A stretch of 64,000 nucleotides of DNA, taken from the NCBI GenBank assembly GCA_030390025.1, contig CM059432.1, positions 46,812,001-46,876,000 on the forward strand. Direction: 5' to 3'. Below, piece after piece: positions 52,581-64,000 of this stretch. The DNA comes from Squalus acanthias (lineage: Eukaryota). The position numbers and the translations under genes were made by a program. Each line of letters opens with the position of its first letter. Position 1 is the first letter of the stretch. Under the pieces are notes generated by a model. The model saw nothing but the letters and a program-made list of their open reading frames with translations, was not told where the DNA came from and did no database searches.

Positions 52581-55500
52581 ACTCCGATGGGGAGTGTTTG
52601 CTAATGCTGTTGGGGAGGGTTTAAACTAAAATGGCAGGGGGTTGGGAACCTGTGCAGGGAGACAGAGGAAAGGGAAGCAAGGATAGAAGCAAAAGACAGG
52701 AAGGAGAAAACCAACAGTGGAAGTCAGAGAAATCAAGGGTGTAAATCAAACATGGCCACAGTAAACAATAATTCTAAAAGGTCTAAGAGTGTTAAAAAAA
52801 CAAGCCTGAAGGCTTTGTGTCTTAATGCGAGGAGCATTCGTAATAAGGTGGATGAATTAGCTGTGCAAATAGATGTAAACGGATATGATATAATTGGGAT
52901 TACGGAGACATGGCTCCAGGGTGACCAAAGCTGGGAATTCAACATCCAGGGGTATTCAATATTTAGGAAGGACAGGCAAAAAGGAAAAGGAGGTGGGGTA
53001 GCATTGCTGGTTAAAGAGGAGATTAACACAATAGTAAGGAAGGATATTAGCTCTGATGATGTGGAATCTGTATGGGTAGAGCTGAGAAATACCATGGGGC
53101 AGAAAACGTTAGTGGGAGTTGTATACAGACCCCCAAACAGTAATGCAGAGGTTGAGGATGGCATTAAACAGGAAATTAGAGATGCATGCAGTAAGGGCAC
53201 AGCAGTTATCATGGGTGACTTTAATCTACATATAGATTGGGCTAACCAAATTAGTAACAATACTGTGGAAGAGGAATTCCTAGAGTGTATACGAGATGGT
53301 TTCCTGGACCAATATGTCGAAGAACCAACTAGAGATCAGGCCATCTTAGACTGGGTATTATGTAATGAGAAAGGATTAATTAGCAATCTTGTTGTGCGAG
53401 GCCCCTTGGGGAGGAGCGATCATAATATGATAGAATTCTTCATTAAGATGGAGAGTGAAGTAGTAGTTGACTCAGAGACTAGGGTACTGAATTTAAATAA
53501 AGGAAACTACGATGGTATGAGGCGCGAGTTGGCATGGATGGATTGGGGAATGTTACTTAAGGGTTGACGATGGATAGGCAATGGCAAACATTTAAAGATC
53601 AAATGGATGAACTACAGAATTTGTTCATCCCTGTTTGGCATAAAAATAAAACAAAAAAAGTAACTCACCCGTGGCTAACAAGGGAAATTAGGGATAGCAT
53701 AAGATCCAAGGAGAGGACATATAAATTGGCCCGAAAAAGCATCAAACCTGAGGATTGGGAGCAGTTTAGGATTCAGCAAAGGAGGACAAAGGGATTAATT
53801 AAGAGGCAGAAAATTGAGTATGAGAGTAAGCTTGCAGGGAACATAAAAACTGACTGTAAAAGCTTCTATTGATATGCGAAGAGAAAAAGATTGATGAAGT
53901 CAAGCGTAGGTCCCTTGCAGTCAGAATCAGGGGAATTTATAATGGGGAAAAAAGAAATGGCAGAGCAATTAAATACATACTTTGGTTCTGTCTTCACAAA
54001 GGAGGACACAAATAACCTCCCAGAGATGTCGGGGAACATAGGGTCTAATGAGAGGGAGTAACTGAATGAAATCAGTATTTGTAGAGAAATGGTGTTAGGG
54101 AAATTGACGGGATTGAAGGCCGATAAATCCCCAGGGCCTGATAATCTACATCCTAGGGTAGTTAAGGAAGTGGCCCTAGAAATAGTAGATGCATTGTTGG
54201 TCATCTTCCAAAATTCTATAGACTCTGGAACAGTTCCCATGGATTGGAGGGTAGCTAATGTAACCCCACTATTTAAAAAAGGTGGTAGAGAGAAAACGGG
54301 GAATTATAGACCGGTAAGCCTGACATCGGTAGTGGGGAAAATGCTAGAGTCCACTATAAAATTTGTAATAGCAGAGCACTTGGAAAACAGTGACAGGATC
54401 GGACAAAGTCAACATGGATTTACAAAAGGTAAATCATGCTTGACTAATCTACTGGAATTTTTTGAGGATGTAACTGGTAGAATAGATAAGGGATAACCAG
54501 TGGATGTGGTGTATTTGGACTTTCAGAAGGCTTTCGATAAGGTCCCGCATAAGAGATTAGCGTGCAAAGTTAAAGCACGTGGGATTGGGGGTAAGGTACT
54601 GACTTGGATAGAAAATTGGTTGGCAGACAGGAAGCAAAGAGTTGGAATAAATGGGTCTTTTTCCGAGTGGCAGGCAGTGACTAGTGGGGTACCGCAGGGA
54701 TAGGTGCTAGCACCCCAGTTATTCACAATATATATTAATGATCTAGACGAGGGAACTAGATGTAATATCTCCAAGTTTGCAGACGACACAAAGCTGGGTG
54801 GGCGTGTGTGCTGTGAGGAGAATGCAGAGAAACTCCAGTATGATTTGGACAGGTTGGGTGATTGGGCAGATGCATGGCAGATGCAGTATAATGTGGATAA
54901 ATGCGAGGTTATCCACTTTGGTGGCAAAAACAGGAAGGCAGATTATTATCTGAACGGCAATAGATTGGGAAAAGGGGAAGTGCAACGAGACCTGGGTGTA
55001 CTTGTGCACCAGTCACTGAAGGTAAGCATGCAGGTGCAGCAGGCGGTTAAGAAGGCAAATGGTATGTTGGCCTTCATAGCGAGAGGATTCGAGTACAGGA
55101 GCAAGGATGTCTTGCTGCAGTTACACAGGGCCTTGGTGAGACCACACCTTGAGTATTGTGTGCAGTTTTGGTCGCCTTATCTGAGGAAGGATGTTATTGC
55201 CATGCAGGGAGTGCAGCGAAGATTCACCAGACTGATACCTGGGATGGCAGGAATGACGTATGAAGAGAGATTGGGTCGATTAGGCTTGTATTCGCTAGAG
55301 TTTAGAAAAATGAGAGGGGATCTCATTCAAACTTATAAAATTCTAACAGGACTAGACAGATTAGATGCAGGAAGGATGTTCCCGATGGCGGAGGAGTCCA
55401 GAACCAGGGGTCACAGTCTAAGGATAAGGGGTAAGCCATTTAGGACTGAGATGAGGAGGAATTTCTTCACCCAGAGAGTGGTGAACCTGTGGAATTCTCT

Positions 55501-55712
55501 ACCACAGAAAGCAGTTGAGGCCAATTCATTAAATATATTCAAGAAGGAGTTAGATATATTTCTTAAGGCTAAGGGGATCAAGGGATATGGGGAGAAAGCA
55601 GGGACAGGGTACTGAATTTGGATGATCCGCCATGATCGCATTTAATGGCGGAGCAGGCTCAAGGGGCCGAATGGCCTACTCCTGCTCCTATCTTCTATGT
55701 TTCTATGTTTCT
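52581..55712 (+). mobile_element. CR1 LINE: ORF1 end plus complete but interrupted ORF2
   Basis: Endonuclease ORF 52752-53567 (LNARSIRNK, ITETWL, MGDFN, SDH) and RT to 55615. Tail (ttctatgt)n. Confidence 0.97.
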
Positions 55713-56779
55713 ATATAAATTGTGAACAACAGTGGTCCCAGCACTGATCCATGGCTGGAGAGATGATGCAGGAGGGAGGGCTTTAGATTCCTGAGGCATT
55801 GGCACCATTTCTGGGGAAGTTGGGACCTGTACAAGCCGGACGGATTACACCTCAACAGAGCCGGGACCAATATTCTCGCGGGGAGGTTTGCTAGTGCTGT
55901 TGGGGAGGGTTTAAACTAGCTTGGCAGGGGGATGGGCACTAGCATATAGGAGTAGAAAAGAGGAATAAGGTGCATAAAAGAGTGATTGTGTTGGATAGTA
56001 CTAGAGAAGAAAGTAGTACTAGAGGCAGAAGTAGTACCATATTAGATAGGAGCAGACTAAGAAAGACTACGAAAAAAATCAAAAATGTGTTTAGAAAGCC
56101 TGTGCATAAATGCACAAAGTGTGGTGAATAAGGTTGGTGAGCTACAAGCACAATTAGCCGCGTGGCAATCTGATGTTGTGGCAATAACGGAAACGTGGCT
56201 TAAAAACGGTGAGGACTGGGCACTTAATATTCAAGGGTACAAGGTGTTCAGAAAAGATAGGGAAGGAAAAAAGGGAGGTGGGGTGGCAGTGCTGATTAAG
56301 GAAGACATTGTAGTGTTGGAAAGGGAGGATGTTCTTGAGGGGACAAGGACAGAATCCATTTGGTTAGAGTTGAGGAGCAAAAAGTTTATGATCACGCTAT
56401 TGGGGGTATTCTATAGGCCTCCAAATAGTGAGAGGGAGGTAGAGGAGCAAATCTGCAGGGAAATCACAGATATGCAAGAGTTATAGAGTGGTGATATTGG
56501 GGGACATTAATTACCCAAATATCGATTGGGATAATGCTAGGGTAAAGGAAATGGAGGGGGAAGAATTTCTGAAATGTGTTCAGGAGAATTTCCTTGACCA
56601 GTATGTTCTTGGCCCAACTAGGAAAGAGGCATTGCTGAATCTGGTGCTGAGGAATGAGGTGGGCTAGGTTGACCAAGTGTCTGTGGGAGAATGCTTGGGT
56701 AGATTTAGATTTAGATTAGCAATGGAGAGGAGCAAGGAACAATTTAGAGTGGAACTTCTAAACTGGAATAGGGCTAACT

Positions 56780-59268
56780 ACATAAGAACATAAGAAATAG
56801 GAGCAGGAATAGGCCACTTGGCCCCTCGAGCCTGCTCCACCATTCAATAAGATCATGGCTGATCTTGGGCTCAAAGCCCCTTCCCCGCCCGCTCCACATA
56901 ACCCTTCACTCCCTTATCTTGCAAAAATCTGTCTATCTCCACCTTAAATGTATTTAATAACCCAGCCTCAACAGCTCTCTGGGGCAGAGAATTCCACAGA
57001 TTTACGACCCTCTGAGAGAAGAAATTCCTCCTCATCTCAGTTCTAAAAGGGCGACCCTTTATTCTAAAACTGTGGCCCCGAGTTCTAGATTTCCCCACAA
57101 GGGGAAACACCCTCTCTGCATCTACCTTGTCGTGCCCCCTCAGTATCTTATATGTTTCAATAAGATCACCTCTCATTCTTCTAAATTCCAAAGAGTATGG
57201 GCCCAGCCTGCTCAACCTTTCCTCATAAGTCAACCCCCTCATCTCTGGAATTAACCTAGTGAATCATCTCTGAACTGCCTCCAATGCAAGTATATCCTTC
57301 CTTAAATAAGGAGACCAAAACTGTATGCTGTACTCAAGGTGTGGTCTCACCAATACCCTGTAGAGTTGTAGCAGGACTTCCCTGCTTTTATACTCCAACC
57401 CCCTTGAAATAAAGGCCAAAATTCCATTTGCCTTTTTGATTACTTGCTGTACCTGCATACTAACTTTTTGTGTTTCATGCACAAGGACCTCCAGGTCCCT
57501 CTGAACTGTAGCATTTTGTAATCTCTCTCCATTTAAATAATAATTGGCTTTTTTATTTTTCCTGCGAAAGTGCATTACCGCGCACTTTCCCACATTATAC
57601 TCCATCTGCCAAATGTTTGCCCACTCACTTAGCCTGACTATATCCCTTTGCAGATTCTTTGAGTCCTCTGCACAACTTGCTTCCCCACCCATCTTTGTAT
57701 CATCCACAAACTTGGCTACATTACACTCGGTCCCTTCTTCCAAGTTATTAATGTAGATTGTAAATAGTTGAGGCCCCAGCACTGATCCCTGTGGCACCCC
57801 ACTAGTTACTGTTTGCCAACCGGAAAATGACCCATTTATCCCGACTCTCTGCTTTCTGTTAGTTAGCCAATTCTCTAACCATGCTAATATATTACCCCAA
57901 ATTCTGTGAGCTCTTATCTTATGCAGTAACCTTTTATGTGGCACCTTATCGAATGCCTTCTGGAAATCCAAATATACCACATCTACTGGTTCACCTTTGT
58001 CCACCCTGCTTGTTACATCCTCAAAGAACTCCAGCAAATTTGTTAAACATGATTTCCCTTTCATAAAACCATGCTGACTCTGCTTGACTGCATTATGATT
58101 TTCCAAATGGCCCTGCTACTGCTTCCTTAATGAAGGACTCCAGCATTTTCCCAATGACAGATGTTAGGCTAACTGGTCTATAGTTTCCTGCTTTCTGTCT
58201 CCCTCCTTTCTTAAATAGGGGTGTTACATTTGCGGTTTTCCAATCCGCTGGGTCCTCCCCAGAGTCCAGGGAATTTTGGTATATTGCAACCAATGCATTC
58301 ACTATCTCTGCAGCCATTTCTTTTAAGACCCTGGGATGCAGGCCATCTGGTCCAGGGGACTTGTTGTCTTTTAGTCCCATTATTTTACCAAGTACTATTT
58401 CCCTAGTGATAGTGATTGTCTTTAGTTGCCCCCTCCCTATGGCCCCTTGATTATCCATTTTTGGGATGTTGTTAGTGTCTTCTACCGTGAAGACAGATAC
58501 AAAATATTTGTTCAGAGCCTCTGCCATTTCCCCATTCTCCATTATTAATTCCCCAGTCTCATCCTCTAAGGGACCAACATTTACTTTAGCTACCCTCTTC
58601 CTTTTTATATACCTGTAGAAGCTCTTACTATCTGTTTTAATGTTTCTTGCCAGTTTTCTCTCATAATTCATCTTCTCTCTCTTTATTATTTTTTTAGTCA
58701 TCCTTTGCAGGTTTTTAAAAATTTCCCAATCCTCTGGTCTCCCACCAATCTAGGCAACATTGTATGCCTTTGATTTCAAATTGATACCATCCTTTACTTC
58801 CTTGGTTAGCCACGGATGGTGCTCCCTTCTCTTAAAATCTTTCTTTCTTACTAGAATATATTTTTGTTGAGAGTTATGAAATATCTCCTTAAATGTCCGC
58901 CACTGCATTTCAACTGTCTTACCCTTTAATTTATTTTTCCAGTCCACTTTAGCCAGTTCTGCCCTCATGCCATTGTAATTGCCTTTGTTTAAGATCAGGA
59001 CACTGGTTTGAGATACAACTTTCTCACCCTCCAACTGAATTTGAAATTCAACCATGCTATGATCACTCTTTCCTAGAGGATCCTTTACTGTGAGATCATT
59101 TATTAATTCTGTCTCATTACACAGTACCAGATCCAAGATAGCCTGCTCCCTGGTTGGTTCCATTACATACTGTTCTAGGAAACCATCCCGGATGCACTCT
59201 ATGAACTCCTCCTCAAGACTACCATGGCCAATTTGATTTGTCCAATCAATATGGAGATTAAAATCACT
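56780..59268 (-). mobile_element. CR1 LINE nested antisense in the previous CR1
   Basis: ORFs 58750-59163, 58093-58701, 57264-58106 and 56871-57242. Tail (ttcttatg)n. Host sequence gctaact|tcaatggg rejoins across it. Confidence 0.95.
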
Positions 59269-61313
59269 TCAATGGGATGTGAAAGGATCTAGCCAAGGTA
59301 AAATGGAACCAAAGACTGACAGGAAAAACTGTAACAGAACAATGGGTGATCTTTAAGGAGGAGATGTTCCAAGTAGAGGCTAGGTACATTCCAACAAGAG
59401 GGAAGGATAAGGGAACCAAAGCAAGGGCTCCTTGGATGATGAGGGAGATAGAGAAGATGATGAAACAAAAAAAGAGGGTGTATGATGCATGTCAGGTGAA
59501 TTCTTCAAGGGAGAACCAGACCAAATACAATAAGTTGAGAGGGGAAGTGAAGATGAAAATAAGATTGGCAAAGAGAGAATATGAGAGTAGAATGGTGGTT
59601 AACATAAAAGGGAACCCAAAAATCTTCTATCGGCATGTAAACAGTAAGCAAGTAGTAAGAGGCGGGGTGGGGCCTATTAGAGACAAAGAAGGTGATATAT
59701 GCTTAGAGGCACAGGGCAAGGCTAGAATACTCAATGAGTACTTTTTATTGGTGTTTACTAAGGAAGTGGATGCTGACAAAATATCGGTGGAAGTGGAAAA
59801 GGTAGAAGCAATGGAAGGGGTGAAAATTGATAGACAGGATGTACTAGAAAGGCTGGGTATGCATAGAGTGGACAAGTCGTCTGGTCCAGATGGTTTGCAT
59901 CCCAGGTTGCCAAGGGAACTGGGGGAGGAGATAGCGGAAGGGCTTGCCATAATTTTCCAATCTTCCCTAGATGCGGAGGAGGTGCCTGAGGATTGGAAAG
60001 TGGCAAATGTGACACCATTGTTCAAGAAAGGGCGTAAGGACAATCCTAGTAACTACAGGCCAGTCAGTTTAACATCAGTGGTGGGTAAAGTTTTAGAAAC
60101 AATAATCAAGGAAAATATTAATAGGCACTTGGAGAGGTTTAAGCAAATTAAGGAGAGCCAACACGGATTTGTAAAAGGCACATAGAAGGCTGGTTAACAA
60201 AATTGAGGATCATGGAATAGGTGGGTCAGTGGCAGCTTGGCTAAGGAATTGGCTTAAGGACAGAAAACAGCGAGTTGTGGTAAATGGCTGTTTTTCAGAC
60301 TGGAGGATGGTAAACAGTGGTGTTCCCCAAGGGTCAGTGCTGAGGCCACTGCCTTTTTTGATATATATATATATATAAATGACCTGGATATTGGAATACA
60401 GAGTAAAATTTCTAAATTTGCCAATGACACCAAACTTGGGGGTGTGGCAAACAGTGATGATGATACCAATCGACTGCAACAGGACATAGAAAGGCTAGCA
60501 GAATGGGCAGACAAGTGGCAGATGGAATCTAATACAGAGAAGTGTGAGGTGATGCATTTTGGCAGAAGGTACAGGGAGAGGCAATGTACACTTAATGGCA
60601 CAGTTTTAAAGAGTGTGCAGAGACAGAGGGACCTGGGAGTTAATGTGCATAGATCCCTGAAGTTGGCAGAACATATTGAGAGAGTGGTTAGAAAAACATA
60701 TGGGATCTTGGGCTTCATAATAGAGGTATTGAGTACAAAAGTAGAGAAGTTATGCTGAACCTAAAGCACTGGTTAGGCCACAACTGGGGTATTGCGTCCA
60801 GTTCTGGTCACCACACTTTAGGATGTGAAGGCCTTGAGAGGGTGCAGAGGAGATTTACCAGAATGGTTCTGGGGATGGGGGATCTTAGTTACAAGGACAG
60901 GTTGGAGAAGCTGGGTTTGTTTTCATTAGAACAAAGGAGGTTGAGAGGTGATTTGATAGAGGTGTACAAGATTATGACGGGTTTGGATAGGCTAGACAGG
61001 GAAAGGCTGTTCCCACTAGTTGATGGTACAAGGACTAGGGGACACAGATTTAAGGTTTTAGGCAAGAAATACAGGGGGAATGTGAGGAAAAACTTTTTTA
61101 CGATTGGTGAGGACCTGGAATTCGCTGCCGACGGAAGTGGTGGAAGCAGAGACACTCAATGTTTTCAAGGGGGACTGGAGAGGCACTTGAGGGAAATAAA
61201 CTTGCAGGGCTACGGGGATAGAGCGGGGGAATGGGACTGACTGGATTGCGCTACAGAGAGCCGGCATGGACTAAATGGGCCGAATGGCCTCCTTCTGTGC
61301 CGTATAACTCTAT

Positions 61314-62161
61314 GGGCTGGATTTTACCAGCCCTGAGGAGGCAGGGTTGGAGGCGGGACTGCTGGGAAAATCACAAAGAATGGAAGCGGGTCCCAAACCC
61401 GCTCCCAACCCGCCTCCAACCAATCTTCCCGGGAGTCAGGTCCCCGATTTGCGGAGGGACCTGACTCCTAGCGGCGGGAAGAGGATTATAGCCACTTAAG
61501 TGCCCGTTAACAGGCAGTTAAGAGGCTTTTTCCCATTTTGCGACTTCTGTTGCGGGCTTCCCTACATCAGGGAACCCCGCCAGGGTAAGTGAGGCATGCT
61601 GTGGGTCTGTTATAATGTTTTTGTATAGATGACAGCTGCAGGAGTGGTGTGAAGGATGCAATGGGACACTGGTGAGTATCAGAGGTAAGGAAATGTTGGG
61701 AAAGCCATTTTTAATGTGTTTAGATTTTTCTGTCGGTGACAAGCTTTGAAGTGTTTGTGTGGTCTCACTCTTTGGGAGAAGTGATAGATTGCTTCTGTAC
61801 CCTTACCTGCAGCTGCCATCTGATTTATCCTAAGGAGAGAGTCATTGGAGAGCTTGGGTGCTAGGGCTCACCTTTGTACAGTGATTGTCAGTGTTTGACA
61901 GCACCTCAATGCTGTCAAACACTGTCAAATCATCTGTCAAAAACAAATGTTTCATGTCCCTTTAAGAAAACCGGCATATGAAGCGTCATCAACTGACGTC
62001 ATCTGACACCGGCTTTCCCTTACTTGGCCAGCAATCCCGCAGGGCGGGCTTAACAAGGCCAATCAGGGGAAAATAGCGTCTGTGCGTCAGACGTCGCTGG
62101 GGGCAGGACTAGAAGGCTGCAGTCCAGCCCCCAACTCGTCTCGGTAAGTAAAGTCCAGCCC
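61314..62161. mobile_element. Harbinger non-autonomous element in a CR1 tail
   Basis: TIR gggctggattttac / gtaaagtccagccc, TSD TAT. Left end is related to 24071 and 43465. Confidence 0.88.
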
Positions 62162-62172
62162 TATGACTCTAT

Positions 62173-62856
62173 GGGGTCAAAACTGGGTCGCACCCCCTTT
62201 AGGGCGCTAACTACACCGGGGTTAGCGTCCCCTAACCAAAATTCACTGGTAGCGCCCCAAGAGGGAGGCGGGGCACTACTAGAAGCGCCCCGCCTCCCGC
62301 TTGTGGCGCTACGATTGAATAACACGGCGCTACGTGCCATAGCGCCATGTGCCGCGGTACTGCAGGCCTACCTCCCCTTATTAAAGGGGAGGGGCCTCGT
62401 GCAGCACAACCCGGGGCCCAGCTGGGCCACCAGGGATCAGAGTGCCGGCAAAAGAGCCTGCAGGGGGGCTTCACAGGAGGCCGGGGACGGCAATGGGGGC
62501 AGGTGCTGGCAGGTGTCCAGCAACAAAAATGGCGACCCGGCACCTCCCCTTTAATTTGTGCCGCCCCAGCTGCATATACGCCCCCCTGACCATGTCTGAC
62601 AGAGCGTCCGGCTGTAAGTCAGAGGGCGCTACTGAAGATCGCGGCTGGTGCGTGAGCAGGGAGCTGCGCACAGCGATGACGTCATCGGCGGAAGCGCAGC
62701 GCCGCGGGGCGCTAACAGTTACTGCCGCCGCTACACTCCCGCTGAATTTCGCGGGAGGTGTTAGCGGTGCCGTGCCCGGGCACTAGTTGCTTTGCGCCCC
62801 GTTAGCGCCCTCTTAGGACACTAACGGGAGGCGCAAATCAATCAAATTTTTCCCCC
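62173..62856. mobile_element. Harbinger-type MITE in a CR1 tail
   Basis: Ends ggggtcaaaact / aaatttttccccc, flanked by TAT and AAT. Right end is reverse-complementary to 34585-34650. Confidence 0.85.
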
Positions 62857-63293
62857 AATGACTCTATGACTATGATCCTTGTGGAACACCACTACCCACC
62901 TTCTACCACTGTGAATAGCTACCTTTTACCCCTACTCTCTGCTTTCTGTCTTGAAGCCAGTTAGCTATCCATTCTGCTATTTGTCCCCTAACTCCACATT
63001 CTCTGACCTTGTTCATTAGTCTATTATGGGGTACCTTATCGAAGGCCTTTTGAAAATCTAGATAAATGGCATCTACTGCATTACCATTGTCTACTCTCTG
63101 TTACCTCTTCAAAAAATTCAAGCAAGACTTTCCCTTTTGAAATCCATGCCGACTATTCATTACTATGTTTTTGGTTTCTAGATGTTCTTCTATTTTCTCA
63201 TTCGTAGAGATTCCATTATTTTTCCTACCACCAATGTTAAGCTGACTGGTCTATAATTCCCTGGACATGTTCTATCCCCCCTTCTTAAATATA

Positions 63294-63489
63294 TGATGTG
63301 GAGATGCCGGTGTTGGACTGGGGTGGACAAATGTGAGAAGTCGCACAACACCAGGTTATAGTCCAACAGCTTTATTTAAAATCACAAGCTTTCGGAGCGC
63401 TGCTCCTTCATCAGGAGCAGCGCTCCGAAAGCTTGTGATTTCAAATAAAGCTGTTGGACTATAACCTGGTGTTATGCGACTTCTCACAT
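63294..63489 (-). mobile_element. Fold-back Penelope-like mini-insertion with hammerhead core (63382-63415)
   Basis: 12-bp TSD ttcttaaatata (63282-63293 and 63490-63501). Minus strand CTGATGA-A-GGAGC-AGC-GCTCC-GAAA-GC-TT-GTGA. Nearly identical to 28277-28475. Confidence 0.9.
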
Positions 63490-64000
63490 TTCTTAAATAT
63501 AGGTATTACGTTAGCTATCCGCCAGGCCTCTGGCACTACACCTTTTTCTAACGAATTAGTAAATATGCGTAGTAATGCCTCTGCTATCTCTTCCCTAGAT
63601 TCTTTTAAAATGTGTGGATGCAATCCATCCGGACCGGGGTTTTATCGTCTTTGAGTTTGATTAGTTTATTTAATACATCCCCTCTTTTTATTTTAAATGC
63701 ACTTATCTCATTACTAATGTCATGATCTCATGTCATGTCCACCTGTTCTATCTCCTGGTAAATACTGAAGCAAAATAATTATTCAATATTCCTGCCATCT
63801 CTCTGTTGTTACCTGTGGTATTATCCTGTCTATCCCTTAATGGCCCTATTCTCATCCTAACCTTCCTTTTTTTATTGATGTGCCTGTAAAATATTTTACT
63901 ATTTTGTTTTATATTTTGATGGGTCCAGTATGAGCACATAGCTGCACCTTCAAGAGGGGGTCTTATACAAAACTGCATGTAAATCATGCCTCATTAACAA

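Larger units (their letters stand above)
55751..62872 (+). mobile_element. CR1 LINE with the C-terminus of an SGNH-esterase ORF1, split by an antisense CR1 and two MITEs
   Basis: WDLYKPDGLHLNRAGTNIL at 55751-55919, endonuclease 56085-56779, resumes at 59269-61313. Tail (ctatgact)n. tgatcc is duplicated at 55745 and 62873. Confidence 0.92.
52527..63918 (-). mobile_element. Older CR1 host copy split into pieces (52527-52579, 55713-55750, 62873-63293, 63490-63918)
   Basis: The pieces are collinear with the CR1 at 6768-7535 once the insertions are removed. Confidence 0.85.

Overview
Repeat-dense vertebrate DNA, most likely from a shark or other cartilaginous fish judging by the repeat families (inference). 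The only host-gene sequence I can support is two minus-strand coding exons (35700-35845 and 32574-32692). They splice in frame and resemble CNBD1, so much of the window is probably intron. The rest is nested transposable elements: several CR1 LINEs, L2 and Deu-SINE remnants, many PIF/Harbinger elements and MITEs, hAT and Tc1/mariner-type MITEs, a decayed LTR element with a tRNA-Lys3 primer-binding site, and five Penelope-like insertions. The most interesting signals are four. (1) Short fold-back Penelope-like insertions carry a minimal hammerhead ribozyme with stem-I covariation, and their inversion junctions fall in or next to the ribozyme. (2) A transposase-deleted Harbinger keeps a spliceable, open three-exon Myb/SANT gene with an in-register heptad expansion. 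(3) A Harbinger chimera has two equivalent ends. (4) Two inverted CR1 copies share about 45 bp beyond their 3' tail. All family assignments come from motif recognition, not database searches.
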